Shown one piece after another: positions 56,549-64,000 of a stretch of 64,000 bases of DNA. Position 1 is the first letter of the stretch; each line of letters begins with the position of its first letter. The translations under genes and the position numbers were made by a program. A model generated the notes under the pieces. The model ran no database searches and had not been told where the DNA came from. It saw only the letters and a list, made by a program, of their open reading frames with translations. The DNA is from Parcubacteria group bacterium GW2011_GWA2_43_13 (GTDB lineage: Bacteria > Patescibacteriota > Patescibacteriia > UBA9629 > GWA2-43-13), in contig LCFM01000002.1 of NCBI GenBank assembly GCA_000999025.1, positions 436-64,435 of the forward strand. The letters are read 5' to 3'.

Positions 56549-57331
56549 TCACTGCGCGCTCTTGCCCGGCCCTTTAGGATTATACCCATTACGAACCTCT
56601 TGGCCATCATCAAAACCATCGCCATCAGTATCCTTTGAAAGCGGATCCGTACTATATATCTGCACTTCTTCCCGATCAGTCAACCCGTCAAAATCAGTGT
56701 CAGGAAAAAATTGATTTGTATTATACTGAACCTCATCTTGATCAGTCAGACCGTCGCCATCAGTATCAATAACAACTGGCTGATCTTGTGGAAGTTGTTC
56801 TTGAGGCGTGTCTTGTAATTGATCATCAGGGGAAAGCGCGTCAAGGTTAGATGTGGTTGTATCATTTTCCTGTGTCGGTTGAACATCTGATTCACTTTCA
56901 GTTTCAGTGGCAGGAATAGAATCAGCAGGAATGATTGATTGCGAATCAAAGGATGGCAAATCCTCAAGCGTCGGTTGTTTCATCATCGAAAGAACTGCCA
57001 TCGCTCCACCTATAATAATAGCAATTCCCACAACCGCTATGCCGATAATGAGTATCATTTTTCTTCCGCCTTTCGGTGATTTTACTGACTGGGGTTGAGG
57101 GACACTCGGCATTGCCTTTGGCTGTATTTTACCCACAGAGACCGCTGAAGGAGGTGGCGGTGCAGATTGAGCACCCTTGTCTGTTGAGGAAAACATATCA
57201 ACAACGCCTGTGGCAGGAGCTGGTTGAACCATTGGTTCAGGAACAGAAATCGGCGCAACAGGAAGATTAGCCGGTGGCGTGCCTGCTTGCTGATCTGCTT
57301 GAGGTTGAATAGGATCAATATCATCAAACAT
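56549..57331 (-). CDS. membrane protein with three thrombospondin-type-3-like Ca-binding repeats
   Basis: Pro/Gln-rich N-terminus and a single TM. Repeats are DTDGDGLTDQDE, DTDFDGLTDREE and DTDGDGFDDGQE. Confidence 0.55.
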   Translation of the reverse strand: MFDDIDPIQPQADQQAGTPPANLPVAPISVPEPMVQPAPATGVVDMFSSTDKGAQSAPPPPSAVSVGKIQPKAMPSVPQPQSVKSPKGGRKMILIIGIAVVGIAIIIGGAMAVLSMMKQPTLEDLPSFDSQSIIPADSIPATETESESDVQPTQENDTTTSNLDALSPDDQLQDTPQEQLPQDQPVVIDTDGDGLTDQDEVQYNTNQFFPDTDFDGLTDREEVQIYSTDPLSKDTDGDGFDDGQEVRNGYNPKGPGKSAQ

Positions 57332-57350
57332 AGAGAAAAAAAATTAAAAA

Positions 57351-60300
57351 CTATGGTGAAATAACAACATTAACACACTGATTTTCCTGTTCACTGCCCG
57401 AGGTCGCAGGCCCGGAAGGAATTGTCATCATTGGAGCGTCATCAACCCCTACCCATGTAACGCGCTCAAACTCAAAGTGCGCTTTTATATCAAATCTATC
57501 CTGATCAACATACCGATACTGATACACATATGATTCTGGCTTACACACAAACCGCAATCCAATGAGTTGCGCCTTATTCCAGCACGTTGACTGATCATAC
57601 CCTAAAGGACAATCAAAGAGATTCAACGGATCAACCGGAAAAGCCACGCCAACCTGTCGGCCCAATTCCGTTTGCCATGAATTCCATCTACTGGTTGTAT
57701 GATTCTGCTCAAAACTTCCAGCAGGAACAGGCGGATGCCCTGACGCATTGCTCTCTATCGCGCGGACAATATACGTTACGTCCATCACGCGAAGCGCGTC
57801 TCGCCTGAACCGTTCACGCGTTGATTCTGAAGAAAGATTCGTATTAAAGGTCATGCTGTTTACAAGCGCATTAAACAATTGGACAGTCCGCGGTTGAGCG
57901 CCTTCATTATATGATAAAACAGTTACTGTGGTAAAGGCATTGCTCGTACCGTCGTAATCTGCTGAACGCACATACACGCTTGTTCCGGCCCTCGCCGCAG
58001 GATACCCACCCACATTTGTTTGCTCTGTAATCTTTCCTTGCCCATCTGCTATTGGCAAACTTGCCTCCCGAACCCAGTCATCAAGCGAAAGGCGATCATC
58101 ATTTTTCCCAGTCAAAATAATAATCGCATCCGGCTCTTCCGGCTGTTCTGGATTCGGCACCTGAATATAATGAATATTCGTAAAACGAGGTCTGTCAGGG
58201 ATCTCTGTCTTTATACTCACGCGCACAGGCCATGCCTCTTCTTCCAAATCATCAATACACGCGAATGTTGCGAAGTGGGTCTTTATTCCGCTATGCGGAG
58301 ATCTGACGCGCTCCGACGGTCCATCATCAGTAAGTAAATAATTGGTATTGATTTCATTATACGACTCATCCGTGTCTTTTACGACAAAATGCTGTTTACA
58401 TGACTCAATAGTAAACGGATATTCACCAATAATTTTTGTTTTTGTTTCCGGTTCTGATAATTCAGCAATTATTTTATTAGGGATTGCGCGCGTTGTGCGA
58501 CTTGCGACAACCACAGAATGCTGGCCATTTTGTTCAGATATACGAGCGCCTTGACTTGCAATCGTCCATTTAGCAATAGGCGGAGATGAGAGCGGCTGAT
58601 TGCTTGCGGAAAACGGCACGCCGACAAACAACGCTTGCGTGCCCTCATGAATATGCACCTCTGCAGTATCAGCCACCGTCATCCCGGCGACTTCAGCAGG
58701 GGCCACCTGTATCGTTGCCACGCGACATACAGTCGCGGCTGTGGTAAACGACCACACGCACGCGCCTGCATCATTTGACAAAACTGATCCGCACTTCAAC
58801 GACTCACCGTTGCGCCCCCACGATCCAGACAATAATCCAATCTCATATACCGTTGATGGGGAAAAGAGCTGACCACTCGCTGGCCGTATCTGCAAAAGAC
58901 GGCCATCTATTGTTATTTTTCTTCCTGGCACAGAAGGGTTCATCGCTATGAGAGAATCAACCACTGAAGTAGACGCAATTCCGCGATCAAATACTACTTG
59001 AATCAAGCTATTTGTGCATACTTGCGTTGCTTGATCCAGTGGGGCGATATCCACAATAGTCGGTGGGCCGCTGTCTTCACTCCCTTCATGTTCACACGCC
59101 TTAATACTGCCATACGAATATGACACCTCACACGCGCCTTCATTGCAGAGCAATCCATACTCAACAGAGGTTGCTGAAATAATTACATCTCCCATATCAG
59201 CTGTATCTATGTTCCCATCGCGATTGACATCTTCACGCGGACACCCAACGCCTCCAGAGCATAATGGACTCGTTTTCCCTTCTCCAAAACGGCGCGATAT
59301 ATCAATAACCAATTGCGCGCTCGTTTGATCAATAGAGATCACATGAGGAAGGGGAGATTGCATCTGCAAGCGCAACTCGGTATTCTCTGATGGTTTTTGT
59401 TCAACATCACCAATAACAAATTGAAGAACCTTGGTTACGCCTGATGTTGCGCTGGAAAGAGCAATCATACGGCTGACATCCGAGCCCCCAACCTGCTCAA
59501 ACACTTTCAGATTCGCAACAGGAAAAGCAGAAGGGGAAACATACTTATCAAGCGTAACGGTGAGTGTTGCGCGGCATGTTGTTCCTGCGCGCGCGCCATC
59601 AGCAGTGATAGACACAATCCGTATTTGACGAGCAGGATCAGGGATATCAGAACACTCATCACCTGTACATCCTGATCCTTTAGTTGACAAAACAGCGTCA
59701 ATCGGAGCAGTGGCGTCAATATCACCAATAAATGTCCTCATCATGGCTTCAGAATCTGTTAAGTCCGGAAACGCTTTCAATGCCTGAATCTGAAACCGCT
59801 GACTTGGAGGATGAGGATTGGGATTGGAAACCACATACTCAATGCCATGCACCATAACAAAATCAGCTCTGCGGGAGCTCGGATATGCCGGCTCACCTGA
59901 ATCCTGCGCAAATACAGTAATTGTCGCATCCTCACGCGCGCCTACTTTAAGAGAATACTCGCTTTTATTAAATACAATACCAACAACAGGCGCAGGGCCA
60001 CGCGTTACGGAAAATTGATATGAACACGCTTCAGCATTCAGCCCTTTTGCACGTGAACAATCAAGCACTGCTGTCGGCGCTGTGGTTGTTTTTAATGCAG
60101 ATGTATTCAGCGCGACGTTATACGACGCGTTCAAATCAAAATCAATTGGAGATTCAGTTGCGCTCCCTTTGTTCGCAAGTCGGCGTATACGAATTTTTGA
60201 CGGATCAATAAATTCGATAGCGCTGGACCCGTCAGGATTGCGGCTCAAATTCGCCGCGTCTCCTTGCTTGGTAAGTTGAATCGCATCAGGCGTCGCAGTT

Positions 60301-63215
60301 GATGAATCCACAGACGCGTTAAAACTTACAGTCACCATTTCATCTGAATGGCGATTCACTCCTTGCGGCCCTGCCTGCACCACATAAAATGGCGGTCCGC
60401 TTCTTAATAATACTTTTATAATAGAAAATCCTCGTTTCCCCTCGGCGCTTGCAATAACCTGCGTCTCTCCTAATGCCACAGGATCAACGCGCACATTCAA
60501 AGAATCTGCTGTCGCGCCAATCCGGGCAATGGAACTGTCTGATGATTCCCATACCGGCACAACAGTTATACCCTGCTCGCACACTTCGCCAATAGGAACA
60601 GCACTCACGTTCGTCCCCACCCCACCGATTTGCATAGTCACGCTTGAAGGAGACACATTAAGCCGTTTCAATGTATCTGTTTTAGGGATGAATTGAAGAG
60701 ATGACTGACAATCCGTTACCGGACTGTTTGCGCAATCAAGCGCATTGCCCTGCGCATCTTGTACTTCTGAAGATGATTCAACAGCAACAGATCCGCTTCC
60801 AAGCGGCCATTGCTTATTTTCTGTTTGCGGAAAAAATAATACTTTTTTCCCGGATGCCGCTTGAGCGCTGGTATGAGAGAGTGCAGATCCTTCAAAATCA
60901 ATCCGTGTATGAGATGCAACGCTTTCCACGTTCATGGGCCGATCAAATTCAAGCACAATAGAACAATTTGTCGGACTCGGGCCTGTGGGATGAACTTGCA
61001 TCAATCGTGGATTTTTCGGTAAAGGTGGCGGGTTATTCGGATTGCTCGTACCAGGTCCTGTGCCGGGTCCACCAGGACCGGTGCCACGCGGAAACCCTGA
61101 AAGCACACGAAACCATGCAGGCGTTCCTTTATCATCCCCAACAAAAGGCGCAACATATCCTGTGTGTGTTCCAGATGGAATCGTAAATCCAATTTCCGTA
61201 TCGCTGGCAGAAGAAAAATCAGCCCTATTTACTCGTATATCAGAAGCAAGCCCAATATGAGAAATACGGTTTAAATGAATCCCCTCTGTTACCACAGGAA
61301 TATTCACCGGACCTTCAAACGGAGTAATACTGCAGAATCCGGGTCGAGGAGCGCCATTTTCAACAACCACTGGAATACGATTACTCACCTCACTCACACT
61401 GCCTAATGTGTTCACTCTGATTGTGTATTCTCCAATTGCAAGATCATCAGGAATATATATGGTAAGCGAATGATCATTCCATGTTTCAGATGTGCTTTTA
61501 CATACATCAGGAGCATTCGTAATCGTTTTTACCACAGCCCCTTCTTTGATAAATTCCACAGCCCCGCGCATGGATCCAAAATTCCTTCCAACCAACCGCA
61601 ACAATTCTTTTTTTCTTACAGGATTCGGGCTTGCGTCATGAAGATATGGGCTTAAAATATCAATCTGCTCTTTTGACACGGTTTTAAGATCTTCGCCCAA
61701 CCCTATGGTAATTTTTCCGGTTGTGGCGGCAAGGGGAACTTTAATATTGATTTCCGTTTCACCCCACCGCTGGACACATGGCGTTGTCAATAGGTACGGC
61801 GGCGTCGCAATACTGCATGCGCTATCCGCGATTGTCGTGTTAAATGTTACTTCTCCCCGCGCTCCAAATCGGGCGCCGGAAATCGTAACTGTTTGACCAT
61901 AACGCGCTGTTGCAGGAGAAAGAGCGGTTATTTCGGGCTGGCATTCATCTGTTGATTGCACGCCTGTTGAAAATCGCCACACAAAATCTTGAGCAGTATT
62001 TCCAATCGGATCGTCTTGTTTTCCGTTTAAAGGATTGCCGCATACATCTAAAATCCCTTCTCTTTTTTCCGCATCATTTTTTGTATATAACCGCATTTCG
62101 TACTCATGAATTCCTGTTGCCGGTTTTTGAAGTGGCGCAAGCGGCTGGATAGTAAATGATTGAAGATCGCTCCCGATACTAACGGACTTTAAAGGCACTG
62201 ACACACCTGTCTCGGTATCAATCAGCACGATATACGATTGCTGTAATGTTGTGATATCCATCTCCTCGGTAAACACGGCCTGAATCGGCGGAGTCAAACA
62301 AATGTTCGTTGCTCCCGGTCGTGGCGATACGTCAAAAATACGCGGGCCCTCTGTATGATCAACTTGAGGCAACAAATCATCTGCTTCTTCTGCCGCTGAT
62401 GTCGTGAATCGCCACTGACGCGAGGAAGACATCCTTAATCCTGCTAATGTTGTTGCGTCAACTGATGCGCGCGCATCAGTTGAGACCTTTGCTGTATATG
62501 ATGTGTTTAAAAGAAAATCTTTTCGTTCAGCCCCTTCGGCAAGATAAAAACGAAACGCATTCTCATTTACAGAAAGCGCTCCTCCCGATACTGCTGTAAA
62601 CGAAGTTTCCACACCTTCCTGAACCAAAGAAAATGCAGTTGCAAGCGATACTTCATCAACAGTCGAATTAAACACGCCTTGCACCGCTCTACATGCTTTC
62701 ACATTCACTTCATTATCAGCAGGCGAATGAGATGTCAATTTGAATGTATTTCCCGGCGGAGCCAAAAAACAACCATCCCCAATACATGTGACTGGCGGAC
62801 TGCCAGTATCAGAGCCGAGATCGTGTCCTGTGGCGCGACCAATCAGCCAAAAAATAAAATTAGCAATCACAGCCGCGCCTAAAATAATAGCCAACCCTAT
62901 CACGCCATTGATCATGATTTTTTTCGCCTGGCTGATTTTGTCTTGATTCCCTCCAGATGTCATCCAAATAATGCCTGCATAGATAATCAGAATTAATGCG
63001 ATCAATCCTAAAAATCCGAGAAAAATATTAATAACCCGCGCGATGGTTGCAGTCAATGATCCGCGCGCGAGCCCTGTTTGTTCAATCGCAGGCGTGCTAA
63101 AGTCCTCTGTCTGGGCAAAAACAGGAACAGTATGCAACGAAAAAAACGCCACAATCGTGGTAATCCCTATAGCAATGAATCTTGATGTAAACACTGTGTA
63201 TTTATTTTGTTTCAT
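57351..63215 (-). CDS. giant (1954 aa) cell-surface protein: signal peptide, T4SS-pilin-like TM hairpin, multiple IPT/TIG- and Ig-like domains, Pro/Gly linker, dockerin/EF-hand-like DVNRDGNID motif
   Basis: N-terminal IYAGIIWMTSGGNQDKISQAKKIM motif between two hydrophobic helices. Repeated G..I.I.G..FG IPT-like segments. Tightly packed with flanking genes (gaps of 20-36 bp). Confidence 0.6.
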   Translation of the reverse strand: MKQNKYTVFTSRFIAIGITTIVAFFSLHTVPVFAQTEDFSTPAIEQTGLARGSLTATIARVINIFLGFLGLIALILIIYAGIIWMTSGGNQDKISQAKKIMINGVIGLAIILGAAVIANFIFWLIGRATGHDLGSDTGSPPVTCIGDGCFLAPPGNTFKLTSHSPADNEVNVKACRAVQGVFNSTVDEVSLATAFSLVQEGVETSFTAVSGGALSVNENAFRFYLAEGAERKDFLLNTSYTAKVSTDARASVDATTLAGLRMSSSRQWRFTTSAAEEADDLLPQVDHTEGPRIFDVSPRPGATNICLTPPIQAVFTEEMDITTLQQSYIVLIDTETGVSVPLKSVSIGSDLQSFTIQPLAPLQKPATGIHEYEMRLYTKNDAEKREGILDVCGNPLNGKQDDPIGNTAQDFVWRFSTGVQSTDECQPEITALSPATARYGQTVTISGARFGARGEVTFNTTIADSACSIATPPYLLTTPCVQRWGETEINIKVPLAATTGKITIGLGEDLKTVSKEQIDILSPYLHDASPNPVRKKELLRLVGRNFGSMRGAVEFIKEGAVVKTITNAPDVCKSTSETWNDHSLTIYIPDDLAIGEYTIRVNTLGSVSEVSNRIPVVVENGAPRPGFCSITPFEGPVNIPVVTEGIHLNRISHIGLASDIRVNRADFSSASDTEIGFTIPSGTHTGYVAPFVGDDKGTPAWFRVLSGFPRGTGPGGPGTGPGTSNPNNPPPLPKNPRLMQVHPTGPSPTNCSIVLEFDRPMNVESVASHTRIDFEGSALSHTSAQAASGKKVLFFPQTENKQWPLGSGSVAVESSSEVQDAQGNALDCANSPVTDCQSSLQFIPKTDTLKRLNVSPSSVTMQIGGVGTNVSAVPIGEVCEQGITVVPVWESSDSSIARIGATADSLNVRVDPVALGETQVIASAEGKRGFSIIKVLLRSGPPFYVVQAGPQGVNRHSDEMVTVSFNASVDSSTATPDAIQLTKQGDAANLSRNPDGSSAIEFIDPSKIRIRRLANKGSATESPIDFDLNASYNVALNTSALKTTTAPTAVLDCSRAKGLNAEACSYQFSVTRGPAPVVGIVFNKSEYSLKVGAREDATITVFAQDSGEPAYPSSRRADFVMVHGIEYVVSNPNPHPPSQRFQIQALKAFPDLTDSEAMMRTFIGDIDATAPIDAVLSTKGSGCTGDECSDIPDPARQIRIVSITADGARAGTTCRATLTVTLDKYVSPSAFPVANLKVFEQVGGSDVSRMIALSSATSGVTKVLQFVIGDVEQKPSENTELRLQMQSPLPHVISIDQTSAQLVIDISRRFGEGKTSPLCSGGVGCPREDVNRDGNIDTADMGDVIISATSVEYGLLCNEGACEVSYSYGSIKACEHEGSEDSGPPTIVDIAPLDQATQVCTNSLIQVVFDRGIASTSVVDSLIAMNPSVPGRKITIDGRLLQIRPASGQLFSPSTVYEIGLLSGSWGRNGESLKCGSVLSNDAGACVWSFTTAATVCRVATIQVAPAEVAGMTVADTAEVHIHEGTQALFVGVPFSASNQPLSSPPIAKWTIASQGARISEQNGQHSVVVASRTTRAIPNKIIAELSEPETKTKIIGEYPFTIESCKQHFVVKDTDESYNEINTNYLLTDDGPSERVRSPHSGIKTHFATFACIDDLEEEAWPVRVSIKTEIPDRPRFTNIHYIQVPNPEQPEEPDAIIILTGKNDDRLSLDDWVREASLPIADGQGKITEQTNVGGYPAARAGTSVYVRSADYDGTSNAFTTVTVLSYNEGAQPRTVQLFNALVNSMTFNTNLSSESTRERFRRDALRVMDVTYIVRAIESNASGHPPVPAGSFEQNHTTSRWNSWQTELGRQVGVAFPVDPLNLFDCPLGYDQSTCWNKAQLIGLRFVCKPESYVYQYRYVDQDRFDIKAHFEFERVTWVGVDDAPMMTIPSGPATSGSEQENQCVNVVISP

Positions 63216-63652
63216 GCACTCACTTTTTTTACCATATCCGAAACTCGCTGGCCTGTTGCGGTTCCATGTACTTTAGGCATTACAATTTTCATAATCTGCC
63301 CGACATTGTGTACTTCCTCACTCCCCAAATCCGCTATCGCCTCACGTACAATACTCTCCACTTCCTCATCAGACATTTGCACGGGCAGATAACGCCCCAG
63401 AATTACTTTTTCTTTTCCTTCTTTTTCAGCAAGTTCCGGACGGTTGCCTTTTTGAAATGCTTCTTGCGCGTCAGTGCGTTTTTTCACCTCGCGCAAAATA
63501 ACAGAAACAACCTCGTCAGATGACAAGTCATGACCCAGTGCGATGCGCTCATTTTTCAACGCCGCAATCATCATGCGCAATGTATCCACTGTCAGCTGAT
63601 CTCGTGCTTTCATTGCTTGCGTTACATCGTTCTGTATTTTTTCAAATACCAT
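63212..63652 (-). CDS. yqeY: GatB/YqeY-domain protein
   Basis: Start MVFEKIQNDVTQAMKARD. Family of unknown function related to the GatB C-terminus. Confidence 0.75.
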   Translation of the reverse strand: MVFEKIQNDVTQAMKARDQLTVDTLRMMIAALKNERIALGHDLSSDEVVSVILREVKKRTDAQEAFQKGNRPELAEKEGKEKVILGRYLPVQMSDEEVESIVREAIADLGSEEVHNVGQIMKIVMPKVHGTATGQRVSDMVKKVSA

Positions 63653-63730
63653 AGAGAACAAAATTTCACATTATAATAGAGGCAGTGATACTGCCTCTAT
63701 TATACATGCTCTTATCAAAAAAGTCATCAA

Positions 63731-63991
63731 TTACCTTCGTCCCCTGCCGCGCTTTGAACTTCGTGAACGCTCAAGATACTCATCAAGTTTGCCAACTCGA
63801 TCAAGCCAATCCAAGCGCGCCGCTGTGCGGGCGCGATGGACAGCGCTTTTTTTCTTGGCATTCCTATTTTGAGGTCGTGAAAAATACTGACTGCTTTTTA
63901 TTGGACGAATCACAGAACTCATAGCCATTTTACTGAATCGTCTCAATAAATGATCCAATGACTCGTTATCTTTCTTTTTAACCTCAATCAT
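63731..63991 (-). CDS. rpsU: 30S ribosomal protein S21
   Basis: MIEVKKKDNESLDHLLRRFSK... with a basic C-terminus; an S21-like pattern. Confidence 0.7.
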   Translation of the reverse strand: MIEVKKKDNESLDHLLRRFSKMAMSSVIRPIKSSQYFSRPQNRNAKKKSAVHRARTAARLDWLDRVGKLDEYLERSRSSKRGRGRR

Positions 63992-64000
63992 AGAATGCAC

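Overview
This 64 kb window is gene-dense and mostly coded on the minus strand. It is dominated by conserved housekeeping loci.

- **Plus-strand core genes:** tRNA-Lys(UUU), then dnaB, ybaB and recR.
- **Ribosomal-protein operon (minus strand):** rpsJ-rplC-rplD-rplW-rplB-rpsS-rplV-rpsC-rplP-rpmC-rpsQ-rplN-rplX-rplE-rpsZ-rpsH-rplF-rplR-rpsE-rplO-secY-adk-map-ruvX. No L30 gene is present.
- **str operon:** rpsL-rpsG-fusA-[YefM-like ORF]-tuf.
- **Other recognisable genes:** rpmB, tRNA-Pro(GGG), lysS, an anthranilate/aminodeoxychorismate synthase pair (trpE/G-like), ndk, a stand-alone receiver domain, a split comEC, htrA, nrdR-nrdJ (class II ribonucleotide reductase), ftsA-ftsZ, ybeY, yqeY and rpsU.
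- **prfB:** carries the classical programmed +1 frameshift. RF2 is therefore intact and UGA is a stop codon.
- **Likely host (inference only):** the missing L30, split ComEC, stand-alone NrdR and giant surface proteins with T4SS-pilin-like N-termini fit a small-genome bacterium, possibly Patescibacteria/CPR-like.

The unusual content falls into five groups:
1. Several families of short palindromic repeats, some inserted in-frame inside coding sequences (nrdJ, a membrane protein, an exported protein; C-terminal tails on rplV and nrdR).
2. MITE-like elements with 17-24 bp terminal inverted repeats in the ftsA-ftsZ and rpsL-upstream spacers.
3. A minus-strand cluster of three cell-surface proteins: a 1954-aa pilin-like/IPT-TIG giant plus two membrane proteins carrying thrombospondin-type-3-like Ca-binding repeats.
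4. A GC-rich trpEG-like island preceded by a T-box-like leader.
5. An adjacent ~1.8 kb non-coding island with a chain of minus-strand mini transcription units. Two of their promoters, and the nrdR promoter, abut consensus DnaA boxes.
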